Made by a program: the position numbers and the translations under genes. From Acidaminococcales bacterium (GTDB taxonomy: Bacteria; Bacillota; Negativicutes; Acidaminococcales; JAISLQ01): a stretch of DNA of 64,000 nucleotides. The stretch is from NCBI GenBank assembly GCA_031290885.1, contig JAISLQ010000059.1:1514-65513 (forward strand), written 5' to 3'. Shown piece by piece: positions 28,094-37,114 of this stretch (positions within the stretch are counted from its first letter, which is position 1; every line of letters starts with the position of its first letter). The notes beneath the pieces are model-generated. The model was not told the origin of the DNA. It made no database searches and was given only the letters and a program-made list of their open reading frames with translations.

Positions 28094-28978
28094 TCAGGAC
28101 TTTTTCAAACTTATCCGGCTGCCGGGTGGAACCGACTGCGTGAGAAAGACGTTGCTGCCTATGACGCTGCCTTTGCCGATGACCGTTTCGCCGCCCATGA
28201 TGGACGCGCCGGAATAGACGACAACATAGTCCTCCAGCGTCGGGTGGCGCTTGACGCCGCGCAGGGACTGCCCCTGCTGGGGCGACAGCGCGCCCAGCGT
28301 AACGCTCTGATATATGCGCACATAGTTGCCGATGCTGGTTGTTTCGCCTATGACTATGCCTGTGCCGTGGTCGATGAAGAAAGGGGCGCCGATGTTGGCG
28401 GCCGGATGTATGTCGATGCCGGTCTTGTTGTGGGCGTATTCGGTCATGATCCGCGGGATGAGCGGCACCAAGAGGGAATGCAGTTCATGCGCCAGACGGT
28501 ATATGCTGATGGCGAAGATGCCGGGGAAAGAAAACACCACTTCGTCGGTAGAGGTGACGGAAGGATCCCCATCGTAAGTCGCCTGCACGTCTTTGGCAAG
28601 GCAATTCCTTATTTCGGGCAGCTTGTCAAAAAACCGGCAAATCAACTCGTCCGCTTTTTCCGGCAATTCGTCCGGGGACGCCGCCGGCTGGCCGGTCTGG
28701 CTTTTCAGCGCGTGGCAGATCTGCCGGTGCAGTTTCATATAGATGTTGTCCAAAAGGTCGCCGATATGGTAATTTATGGACTGGGACGCAAGATCCAGCC
28801 GGCCGAAATAGCCGGGGAACAGCAAGGCCCGGAGCAAGTGGATGATTTCAACTATGGCGTCGCGGTCGGGCATGAACCCCAAGTCAAGCGAGATAATATG
28901 GGAATTTTCTTTATAATTGCTGGCAATGCTCGCGACATAGCCGTCAATTTTTTTATAAAAATTTTGTCTCATTGTCAT
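28094..28978 (-). CDS. cysE: serine O-acetyltransferase (long form)
   Basis: A left-handed beta-helix hexapeptide region is present (DIHPAANIGAPFFIDHGTGIVIGETTSIGNYVRIYQSVTLG), and the N-terminal helical SATase domain fits. The start is at MTMRQNF (ATG 28978). Confidence 0.9.
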   Translation of the reverse strand: MTMRQNFYKKIDGYVASIASNYKENSHIISLDLGFMPDRDAIVEIIHLLRALLFPGYFGRLDLASQSINYHIGDLLDNIYMKLHRQICHALKSQTGQPAASPDELPEKADELICRFFDKLPEIRNCLAKDVQATYDGDPSVTSTDEVVFSFPGIFAISIYRLAHELHSLLVPLIPRIMTEYAHNKTGIDIHPAANIGAPFFIDHGTGIVIGETTSIGNYVRIYQSVTLGALSPQQGQSLRGVKRHPTLEDYVVVYSGASIMGGETVIGKGSVIGSNVFLTQSVPPGSRISLKKS

Positions 28979-29030
28979 TGACACCTCTGTGCTTTTACGC
29001 CGCCTTGTTTTTCTTCGGGCAGATGCCCGG

Positions 29031-31880
29031 CTACGGGCGCGAGGCGGCGGCAAAAAGAATTTGTTCTATCTTTTTAATGGTCAGGTCGTAATCCATCGGT
29101 TTGGGCAGATGATCGTCCATGCCGGCCGCAAGGCATTTTTCGACGTCTTCTTTGAAAACGTTGGCAGTCATGGCGATTATGGGGACGCGTTCGCCGCCCT
29201 TTTCCAGCGACCGTATGCGGCGCGCGGCGCTAAAGCCGTCCATCAGCGGCATGTGGATATCCATCAGGATAAGGTCATACCCCCCCGCGCCGGCGGACAG
29301 GTATTTTTCCACCGCCTCCACGCCGTTTTGCGCCCAATCCAATTCCGCGTTCGTTTCTTCAAGGTAAGAATAAACTATCTCCTTGTTTATTTCAACATCT
29401 TCCACCAATAAAATCTTTTTGCCCGCAAAGTCCTTGCCTTCGGTTGCGACGCCGCCCGTATCCTTTGGGGGGACGCCGACGATCTCGTTTATGGCGTTGA
29501 TGACGGTGGAAGGGAAAAGCGGCTTGGGCAGCAATCTGCTGATGCCGGCCTCGGCCGCCCGGCTTTTGACTTCGTTCATTTTGGCCGGGGATATAAGGAT
29601 GACGGCAAAATGATCGCCAAACTCCGCGCGGATTTTATTGTAAAGCGATATGCCGTCCGTATTCGGCAGCCGCCAGTCAATGAACAACATGTTGAAAGGC
29701 CGCCCGGAAATTTTCGCGCGCCGCAATATGACCAGCGCGTCCTCGCTGCTTTGCGCCGTGGCGAAATATATGTTGGCCGCGGAAAAAAGCGTTTGGAAAA
29801 AACGCAGTATTTCAGCCGAATCGTCTATGATGAGTATCCGGATGCTGTCGATGGAAATGCTGCGGTCAAGCTGGTTGCCAACGCGCTTGTTGCTGTTTTT
29901 CAAATTCACCGCGAACTTAAAAACGCTGCCTTGCCCGTACTTGCTTTCAACAGTTATATCGCCGCCCATCAGGTTGACGATTTTTCTGCTTATGGCCAGT
30001 CCCAGGCCGGTGCCGCCGTATTTTCTGGCAATCCCGCCGTCCGCCTGCTCAAAGGGGACAAACAAACGGCCGAGCTGTTCTTCGGTCATGCCGATGCCGG
30101 AGTCGGCCACCTCGAAAAGGACGAGCGTGGAGTCCGGCCCTTTTTCCGCCTGCGTAACCGTCAGGCTAACCTTGCCGTCCGGCGGGGTGAACTTCACGGC
30201 GTTGCTCAAAAGATTGGTTATGACCTGCGACAGGCGCAGGCCGTCGCCTTTAAAACTCGTGCTCATGCGCGGGTCGACATTCACGATGAATTCCTGGTTT
30301 TTCTCGTCCGCGCGCACGGTAATGACATTGCAAATATCTATGAGCAACTTTTCCAGGCGCAATTCGCCTTCAACCAGTTCAAATTTTTCCGCCTCGATTT
30401 TGGACATGTCCAAAATGTCGTTGATCAAGGCGAGCAGGTGGGTGGAAGCCGAGTCTATTTTGTCGAGGAATTCGGCTACTTCGGCATAGTCCTTGGCTTT
30501 GCGCGCCATATAGGACATGCCGATGATCGCGTTTAAGGGCGTTCTTATTTCATGGCTCATCCTGGCCAAGAAATTGCTTTTCGCCAAGCTGGCTCTGCGC
30601 GCCACTTCAATGGCGGCCGCGAGGTCGGCGGCTTGCCGGCTGTTTTCTTCTATCTGGTTTTGCAAGCGGCAGTTCAGCTTCTGCGCCCGTTTTAATTCTT
30701 CGCGCAAATAGAAAACGCAGTTTTTTTCGTCATTTTCCCCGCGCAGCAAGGCGGCGGCAAACGCCGCGCAGCTTCCGTACCCGCAGGCGCCGCAGTCAAT
30801 CCGCCGGGATGCTTCGTCGGCCTTGTGCAGCTTTGCGTAGATGTCTTCCAAGGAGCCGGCGGGCAAAAAAATGACGGGCGCCGCTTCTTTGCGCGCGCGG
30901 CCGCGGGCGAAGTCTTCCAAGCGCAGGTTGATTCCCGGCCGCCGCTTTGCGGCAGCGGCCGATTCTGGGCACGGCGCCGCGCTTTTCCAGCTATCTTCTT
31001 TGCCGGCGCCCACGCTGAAAGAACAATTGTCGCCGCAGTTCAAAAGTATGGAGAGCGGGGGCAAATCGGCGCCGGCCTCTTTTTGCTCAAGATATCTGCT
31101 TAAATAACCGTAAACAGCTTGCCCGCCGATCGCCCGCCCGCCCGGTTCGCCGCCCGCATCCGGTATGCGCGCGCCCGGGGCGGCGTCAAAATCCCGCTCC
31201 GGGCAATTGCCGACATTGACGTTTTTTTGCGCCAAGTAATCTTTTAAATGGGCATAAGTTACGCTGTATTGGACGAGGCCGGCATCGCCGCCTGTCCAGG
31301 CGCGCGCCGCTATGCAGGGCGTCAGAAGGGCCAGGCGGCCTGCCAGGTTTAAATACCGGCGCAGGTAAACGGCCATGCACAGCATGGGGCTTTCCGTCGG
31401 AGCGAGGTTGTCTTTTAACGCGGGCAGGTATTTTTCGATATAATCCACAACCGGCGGGCAGGGAGTGTAAAGCAACGGGCGCTTTTCGGCTTTGGCGGCG
31501 GCGCGCCTTCCCCAGGCGGCGATTTCGCCGCCGAAGGAAGTGTCGTAAATGTGTTTTGCGCCGATGCTTTTCAAATAGCCCAATAAATTTTTATAGCCGG
31601 GAAAACAAGCGCGAAGCGATGCATCGGCTAAAACAGCTATATCGGCCCCTTGTTCCAAAGCGGCGAAAAATTCTGCCGTATCGTCATTGTAAAAGCGGCT
31701 TTCATGGCGGCAAACGGTTATACAGCCGCCACAGGAAATACATCGCTCCCGGTTTAAGTGCATCCTGCCCCGCGCGCCGTCGAAAATCGCTTTGTTCGCG
31801 CCGTCCGCCGGGCAAGCGGCAACGCATCTATTGCAACCGACGCATTTTTCTTGCTTGAGCGCGATAATTTCAGTAGGCAT
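29031..31880 (-). CDS. hybrid sensor histidine kinase with N-terminal 2x[4Fe-4S] ferredoxin + [FeFe]-hydrogenase-like domain + Fe-S (CxxCxxxxC) domain, HisKA/HATPase and two receiver domains
   Basis: Ferredoxin motifs [12 protein letters not shown] and [11 protein letters not shown] are present. Hydrogenase L1/L2/L3-like motifs are [18 protein letters not shown] and [13 protein letters not shown], followed by [16 protein letters not shown]...C. The H-box is [14 protein letters not shown], with G-boxes DSGIGM and GGTGLGLAI. Two REC domains follow (ILIIDDSAE... and [13 protein letters not shown]...[13 protein letters not shown]). Confidence 0.85.
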   Translation of the reverse strand: MPTEIIALKQEKCVGCNRCVAACPADGANKAIFDGARGRMHLNRERCISCGGCITVCRHESRFYNDDTAEFFAALEQGADIAVLADASLRACFPGYKNLLGYLKSIGAKHIYDTSFGGEIAAWGRRAAAKAEKRPLLYTPCPPVVDYIEKYLPALKDNLAPTESPMLCMAVYLRRYLNLAGRLALLTPCIAARAWTGGDAGLVQYSVTYAHLKDYLAQKNVNVGNCPERDFDAAPGARIPDAGGEPGGRAIGGQAVYGYLSRYLEQKEAGADLPPLSILLNCGDNCSFSVGAGKEDSWKSAAPCPESAAAAKRRPGINLRLEDFARGRARKEAAPVIFLPAGSLEDIYAKLHKADEASRRIDCGACGYGSCAAFAAALLRGENDEKNCVFYLREELKRAQKLNCRLQNQIEENSRQAADLAAAIEVARRASLAKSNFLARMSHEIRTPLNAIIGMSYMARKAKDYAEVAEFLDKIDSASTHLLALINDILDMSKIEAEKFELVEGELRLEKLLIDICNVITVRADEKNQEFIVNVDPRMSTSFKGDGLRLSQVITNLLSNAVKFTPPDGKVSLTVTQAEKGPDSTLVLFEVADSGIGMTEEQLGRLFVPFEQADGGIARKYGGTGLGLAISRKIVNLMGGDITVESKYGQGSVFKFAVNLKNSNKRVGNQLDRSISIDSIRILIIDDSAEILRFFQTLFSAANIYFATAQSSEDALVILRRAKISGRPFNMLFIDWRLPNTDGISLYNKIRAEFGDHFAVILISPAKMNEVKSRAAEAGISRLLPKPLFPSTVINAINEIVGVPPKDTGGVATEGKDFAGKKILLVEDVEINKEIVYSYLEETNAELDWAQNGVEAVEKYLSAGAGGYDLILMDIHMPLMDGFSAARRIRSLEKGGERVPIIAMTANVFKEDVEKCLAAGMDDHLPKPMDYDLTIKKIEQILFAAASRP

Positions 31881-32042
31881 AACGAAGCTCCTTCGGCCTG
31901 GATAAATTTCATCTTGCTGACCTTAGTATATTATAGCACAAAAACGGCAACCCAACAGTTTTATTCCCGCAAAACGCGCTGCGCAGGTCTTGGCGGGCAG
32001 AGGTCGCCCGCGGCGCTTTCTGCTTTGCCGGCGGCTTTGCTA

Positions 32043-32071
32043 TTGTACATATTTATGATAAATGCTATAAT
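32043..32071 (+). promoter_or_regulatory. candidate sigma-A promoter for the Hpt/DUF362 genes
   Basis: TTGTAC (32043-32048) is followed by a 17-nt spacer and TATAAT (32066-32071), about 145 nt upstream of the Hpt start. Confidence 0.4.
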
Positions 32072-32216
32072 AACTTCGTAAAATAAATTAACAATTGCTG
32101 ACGGCGCGCGGCTGGATAAAGCGTTGCCCTTTAAGTTAAGGGCGGGTTTATGTGTGCCGGTTTCCCCAAATGGAGCGACGGCAACCGGCCGCACAAATGA
32201 AAGGAGAATGAACTAA

Positions 32217-32576
32217 ATGTCTGAAACGGGCGATACGGCAAAAACACTTGAGGATTATATCAATATGGCGGAAGGCGTCAAACGCGTCGCGAACAATAAA
32301 GGGCTGTATTTGCGGCTTTTGAAAAATTTTATCGCCAAGCCCCATATTCAGGAGCTTCTTGGAGCCATCGAGCAGGGCGATTTTAAAACCGCCGCCCTGG
32401 AGGCTCATACAATTAAAGGCGTTGCCGCCAACCTGTCTTTCCCGGAGTTGTACGCGGTCATGCAAAATTTGGAAAGCGAACTAAAAGAAGGCAAAACAGC
32501 AGGGTTCGACTTGGCGCTGGCGCAGTCGTGCGTAGAAACTACCATCAAATACGCCGACCAATTAATAGCAGGATAA
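32217..32576 (+). CDS. Hpt (histidine phosphotransfer) domain protein
   Basis: This 119-aa four-helix-type protein has the phospho-His motif AHTIKGVAANL. SD AAAGGAGAA lies upstream. It is transcribed divergently from the hydrogenase-like hybrid kinase. Confidence 0.8.
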   Translation: MSETGDTAKTLEDYINMAEGVKRVANNKGLYLRLLKNFIAKPHIQELLGAIEQGDFKTAALEAHTIKGVAANLSFPELYAVMQNLESELKEGKTAGFDLALAQSCVETTIKYADQLIAG

Positions 32577-32583
32577 TAAGGCA

Positions 32584-33675
32584 ATGCCCAGGTTTTCGCC
32601 GAAACGGGAAATGCAGGGCAACGGACGCAGGGCGAGGGATATGGCCGAAAACAAGGCGCGCCCGCAGCCGCCGGATTGTACGCGCAAGCGGGGCCGAGGG
32701 TTTTTGGCCGCTTGTTTTGCCGCCGGTTTATTGTTTTTCGTTTTGGCCGGACAGGGCTGCGCCGCTTTGGACGCCAAAAAGGGAGCGGCGGCGGGCGATC
32801 CGGTGAAAGCGCCGGCAGGCGAAGGCGCCGATGTTTACTTTACCGGCGATATCAGCGGCAAAGGCCTTATGGCGGTTTATAAAAAACTGAACGCCAATAT
32901 CGCGGGCAAAGTCGTGATCAAGCTGCACATGGGCGAGCGCGGCAATACGAATTATCTGTCGCCCGGCCTCTTGCGCGACCTTAGCGGCGCCGTCCGGGGC
33001 ACGCTGGCCGACAGCAATGTGCTGTATGGCGGCGCGCGCGCTGCGACTGCGGGACATTTGGCCTTAGCGAAAGAGCATGGTTTCACTTTCGCGCCGGTAG
33101 ACATCCTGGACGCAGACGGCGACAGCGTTATACCGGTTGCAGGCGGAAACCGGCTCAAAGAGGCCATTGTTGGCTCGCACATTTTGGATTATGACTGGCT
33201 GATCTCGGTCGCCCATTTCAAAGGGCACGGCATGGCCGGATTCGGCGGCACATTTAAGAACATTGCCGTAGGCGTGGCATCGCCGCGGGGCAAAAGGGCG
33301 ATCCACTCCTCGGGCGAGGGGACGTTTTCCTCAACCGGCGAACCTTTCCTCGAAAAAGTGATTGAATACGCCAAGGCGGTGATTGACACCAAAAAAGGCA
33401 AGGCGCTTTACATAAACGTGCTGAACAATCTATCGGTGGACTGTGACTGCGACGCGCGGGCGGCGCATCCTTTGATGCCTGACATCGGCATTCTCGCGTC
33501 CCTTGATCCGGTAGCGCTGGAAAAAGCCAGCCTCGATCTTATTTACGCGCGCCCGGACGCGGAGAAAAAGCATTTGGTAGAGCGCATAGAGTCCAAAAAC
33601 GGCGCCTACCAAATAAAGTACGCGGAAAAAATCGGCCTGGGCAGCGCGAAATACAAACTGATCAAAATAGACTGA
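32584..33675 (+). CDS. DUF362 domain protein with N-terminal signal/lipobox (start uncertain: 32584, 32611 or 32641)
   Basis: A DUF362-typical core is present (VVIKLHMGE..., HFKGHGMAGFGGTFKNIAVG, LSVDCDCD). A hydrophobic signal follows an RGRGF motif and ends in LAGQGC. Confidence 0.8.
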   Translation: MPRFSPKREMQGNGRRARDMAENKARPQPPDCTRKRGRGFLAACFAAGLLFFVLAGQGCAALDAKKGAAAGDPVKAPAGEGADVYFTGDISGKGLMAVYKKLNANIAGKVVIKLHMGERGNTNYLSPGLLRDLSGAVRGTLADSNVLYGGARAATAGHLALAKEHGFTFAPVDILDADGDSVIPVAGGNRLKEAIVGSHILDYDWLISVAHFKGHGMAGFGGTFKNIAVGVASPRGKRAIHSSGEGTFSSTGEPFLEKVIEYAKAVIDTKKGKALYINVLNNLSVDCDCDARAAHPLMPDIGILASLDPVALEKASLDLIYARPDAEKKHLVERIESKNGAYQIKYAEKIGLGSAKYKLIKID

Positions 33676-33717
33676 AACTGGCCGCCCATGTCGGGCGGCA
33701 ACGAAAGAGGCGGGAAA

Positions 33718-34374
33718 ATGACGGCTTATCAGTGCCCTTTTTGCGGCCTGTCGCTGGCCATGAGCCAAGACACGTACGTTAATTATTTTCTCAATTTCCA
33801 TGATGTGACAAAATTTAAAAACAACGCGGCAGTTTGGAAACGGGACAACCTTACCTCTATCAAAGTTGCCTTCATCAAATGCCCGAACTGCAAAAAAGTC
33901 AGCATTTACGCCTTCGGGCACAGCAAAGATCTTGACGGCCTTTTTGTAAACATACACCCGCGCGCCAATTACGCCAAATATCCCGGATACATACCCGAAC
34001 AAATCACCTCCGACTACCAAGAGGCTTGTTCGGTGCTGGAATTCAGCGAAAGGGCGGCGGCCGCTTTAGCCAGGCGATGCCTGCGCGCCATAATAAGGGA
34101 TTACTGGGAAATAAACAAAGACACTTTGTATGAAGAGATCCGCGCCTTGCGCGAATTTGTCGATGCGGAGCTCTGGCAGGCCATCGACAGCATTTCCCAA
34201 CTTGGCGGCATCGGCGAGCGCATGAAACAGGCGGACGGCCTGCTGCTGGACGTTGACCCGCAGGAAGCGCAGAGGCTGATAAAGCTCGTGGAACTTTTGC
34301 TCAAAGAATGGTACGTCGCCCGGCATAACCGCGAAGCTATCTTTGAAGAAATAGTCAACATAGACCTTGAATGA
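33718..34374 (+). CDS. Zn-ribbon + DUF4145 domain protein
   Basis: N-terminal CPFCG...CPNC cysteine pairs are followed by a C-terminal helical region with a DUF4145-like pattern (SDYQEACSVLEFSERAAAALARRCLRAIIRD...). The ATG is preceded by AGAGG. This is the first gene of the AT-richer islet. Confidence 0.65.
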   Translation: MTAYQCPFCGLSLAMSQDTYVNYFLNFHDVTKFKNNAAVWKRDNLTSIKVAFIKCPNCKKVSIYAFGHSKDLDGLFVNIHPRANYAKYPGYIPEQITSDYQEACSVLEFSERAAAALARRCLRAIIRDYWEINKDTLYEEIRALREFVDAELWQAIDSISQLGGIGERMKQADGLLLDVDPQEAQRLIKLVELLLKEWYVARHNREAIFEEIVNIDLE

Positions 34375-34753
34375 TCCAAATACGGCGGTTGTCGTGATTA
34401 TGCACATCTCGAAATTCGCGGCGCAGGGGAACCGCGGGGACAGTACGCCGCACTCTATCGGCAGCTACGCCATCGCGGGGATTTTTCGCACCCTGTGGAC
34501 GCTTGGGCGGTTGAAAGACGAACAAGGCAAACCTACTAACCAACGCGCGCCGTGCGCCAGCAAAAATAACCATGCGGAATCCGGCCCGCCCGCGCTCTTG
34601 TTTGAACTTCACGGCGGTTTTCATTGGGACGGCGTGAACGCGGACATCTTCGCCGAGGATTTGTATTGTTCTTTTCGACCTTTTCATTGGTTTCTGCAAG
34701 AATGTGATAAAACAACGAAGCCACCTCCTGTGATTTGTTATGGTAAACGATAA
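34375..34753 (+). pseudogene. C-terminal remnant of a mobile-element AAA_25/RepA-like (RecA-fold) ATPase
   Basis: The ORF reads TAVVVIMHISKF...GSYAIAGIFRTLWTLGR...KNNHAESGPPALLFELHGGFHWDG. This matches the C-terminal half pattern of plasmid/ICE AAA_25 ATPases. No Walker A-containing N-terminus exists upstream, and the fragment starts exactly where the DUF4145 gene ends. Confidence 0.45.
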
Positions 34754-34769
34754 TAATTGTTACGCATAT

Positions 34770-35873
34770 CTAAATATTGCTCTTGCGCCTATTGCAATCA
34801 TCACAGAGCATTTGACAGTTATCGGCGGTCGTCTTGCCGCCCTTGCTCCATGGTGTTATATGGTCGGCTTGCATTGTTTCAATGGGAAAGGGCTTTTTGC
34901 ATGCCGGACATATGCCCTTTTGCCGCTCGTATGCCGTCCGCGCCATTTTCGGCGAGAAGGCGCGTATGCTCAAAAGGCGTTCCGCCTTCCTGTCCTCGCC
35001 GGATAGCAGATACTCGTAAATGCCGCTGAACTTGGTTATGTCGTCGTCCTGCATAAGCTCGGATATACGCGCTTCAAGCTGTTTTGGGTCGTACTTGCCC
35101 GCGCCGTGCCTGTTATAGAGAATACCCCATTCAAGCCCTTTCATTTCCTTGCGGTAGTTTGGGAACGTCGCTTTAACCCAATTTATGACGGTCTGGAAGT
35201 ATAGCCATAACTCGTTGCAATTCGTGTCGTGTTGATGAGCCGCCATATAATCTTCTATTTCGTCGCCGCCTTTCGCCGCAATCCAGCGTACGGCAGTTTC
35301 CAAATACTCTTGCCGTATCGGTGAGCCGCGCATGTAGTCGCTTGCGATGGCATATGCCGGACAAGCGTTTTTGCTGAAATACTTCTTGCTCTCGGTCAGC
35401 CATTCACCCGTATAGATGGCGTTGCGGCGTTCCTGCGCGGAAAGCTGTTCGCCTACCATATTGACGATTTCAAACCAGTCCAGTTTTTCCTTGTCCGTTC
35501 CTTCGCAGATGTAAACCATAAGGGGATAGGCTAAAATTTGCCCTTGCTCTGTCTTGGTCAGGTTGTCAAAGCCCATATGGTCAATGGAATAGTCACCGTT
35601 GATGTACTGGCAAATGCTGATTGTGCGCTGCTGCCCATCCAGCACTTCAAAATTGCCGTCGTCGGACAGCACCCAATACATAACATTGAGCGGAAAATCT
35701 TTTCGTACCGTGCGGATAACCTCGTCGCGTTGTTTATCCTTATAGATAAACTCGCGCTGAAAGGCAGGTCGAACATTTAGACGGCTGTTGTACCCCACGA
35801 CGCCGTTTTCCGCGCTGTCCTTGTACCCTGCGACAACCTCGCGGATTGGGATTTCATGCAGTTTGATTTTCAT
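34770..35873 (-). CDS. DUF262 (ParB/Srx-fold, DGQQR) - HNH endonuclease fusion protein
   Basis: The N-terminal DUF262 signature is RPAFQREFIY...LDGQQRTISI. The C-terminal zinc-finger HNH is CPACKKPF...ADHITPWSKGGKTTADNCQMLCDDCNRRKSN. Its ATG overlaps the stop of the methyltransferase gene (ATGA at 35870-35873). Confidence 0.85.
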   Translation of the reverse strand: MKIKLHEIPIREVVAGYKDSAENGVVGYNSRLNVRPAFQREFIYKDKQRDEVIRTVRKDFPLNVMYWVLSDDGNFEVLDGQQRTISICQYINGDYSIDHMGFDNLTKTEQGQILAYPLMVYICEGTDKEKLDWFEIVNMVGEQLSAQERRNAIYTGEWLTESKKYFSKNACPAYAIASDYMRGSPIRQEYLETAVRWIAAKGGDEIEDYMAAHQHDTNCNELWLYFQTVINWVKATFPNYRKEMKGLEWGILYNRHGAGKYDPKQLEARISELMQDDDITKFSGIYEYLLSGEDRKAERLLSIRAFSPKMARTAYERQKGICPACKKPFPIETMQADHITPWSKGGKTTADNCQMLCDDCNRRKSNI

Positions 35874-37111
35874 TGTGTAGACAAACTCCTTCTTCGTATT
35901 GTTATACGAGCATATGTTGTTCTCCCGTTGATTTTGCCGTCGTTGCTCTTAATCATTCCGGGTATTGATGTTGCGAATGAGCAGTCTCGCATACTTGCGT
36001 TCTCCGTTTGCTGCCGGGTGTCTATGCCCGTCGAATGAGTATGCGGAAGTACGGCTGTACGGCTGTACGGCTGTACGGCTGTGCCGTCCTCTGCTTTAAC
36101 ATTTTGTGAATAATCTGTGAACGAGTAGGTCAAGTCTTTGCCGTCATTGCCTTTTCGGAACGCGACAATCTCAAATTGTTCTGGATTATATTTATCCAGA
36201 AACGTAATCGGCACACCCATTACGCCGTAATAGTCGCATGGTATATCGGCGGTTTTATCCACATTTATTGCGTCGTAATTGTCGTATTTAGGGTAAACGT
36301 CGGGCGAATACGTTCTAAACAAAGCCATGTCCTCATGGCGTTTTTCTATGTCAAGATTGGTAAACCAGCAAATGTTACCCATGCGGCGCCATTTTTGCCC
36401 GTTTTCATCTATCTTGAAATCAGTCGCCTTTGCCTCGTAGTTGTCGGGAACGGCAAACCAATAATGACCGCTATTATAACCCAACCACAATCTGTTGGTA
36501 GCTATTAATGGAAATATTTCCTTGTAAGTAACTGCGTTCATGTTGCCTATGATGGCAAACGACTTTTCACATTCCATAAGTTGCGCTATATACTCACGAA
36601 AAAGTGAAAAGGGCGGGTTGGTGACGACTATATCCGCTTGCTTCAAAAGTTCAATGCATTCCGCGCTCCGAAAATCGCCGTCGCCTTGTAAAAGGGTTAG
36701 CACGTTCTTTTTGTTTCTCAACAGATATTCTACGTCGGCAAGCCCCACGCGCCCGTCGCCGGTTTCGTCTGTAACTTCGGCAATTTCGATTTTATATGGC
36801 TTTTTTTTGCCCGGTTCTGCTCCTGCGGCCATTTCCGCCCCGAATAGCGTCAACTGGGTATAAACAATCGGGGACGTTGCATAACACGTTGCTATGAGTT
36901 TTTTTAACCCCATCGAATTGAAGTTGATGGCGAAGTATTTGAAAAAGTTGCTTTCATAGGGGTCGTCGCAATTACATAATACGACTTTTCCTCTGAAATG
37001 CCCCTTGTAGTGTTTTAGTTCGCTCTCGATAAGCGAAAGTTGGGTATAAAATTCATCTTGCTTGTTTCTTGACGAATCATGCAGATTGCTGTTGCCCGCC
37101 TTTGCTGCCAT
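35870..37111 (-). CDS. EcoRI-methylase-family N6-adenine DNA methyltransferase
   Basis: It has the family-typical N-terminus (NKQDEFYTQL...VVLCNCDDPYESNFFKYF), the catalytic motif IVVTNPPFSLFREY, and the C-terminal GVPITFLDKYNPEQFEIV ... TYARITIRRR. It contains the 8-bp x4 repeat at 36049-36080. Confidence 0.85.
   Translation of the reverse strand: MAAKAGNSNLHDSSRNKQDEFYTQLSLIESELKHYKGHFRGKVVLCNCDDPYESNFFKYFAINFNSMGLKKLIATCYATSPIVYTQLTLFGAEMAAGAEPGKKKPYKIEIAEVTDETGDGRVGLADVEYLLRNKKNVLTLLQGDGDFRSAECIELLKQADIVVTNPPFSLFREYIAQLMECEKSFAIIGNMNAVTYKEIFPLIATNRLWLGYNSGHYWFAVPDNYEAKATDFKIDENGQKWRRMGNICWFTNLDIEKRHEDMALFRTYSPDVYPKYDNYDAINVDKTADIPCDYYGVMGVPITFLDKYNPEQFEIVAFRKGNDGKDLTYSFTDYSQNVKAEDGTAVQPYSRTAVLPHTHSTGIDTRQQTENASMRDCSFATSIPGMIKSNDGKINGRTTYARITIRRRSLSTQ
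36049..36080. repeat. perfect tandem repeat (GTACGGCT)x4 inside the methyltransferase gene
   Basis: Read directly from the sequence: four contiguous 8-nt units lie at 36049-36080 on the plus strand (AGCCGTAC x4 on the coding strand), encoding TAVQPYSRTAVLP. The unit length is not a multiple of 3. Confidence 0.95.
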
Positions 37112-37114
37112 TGG

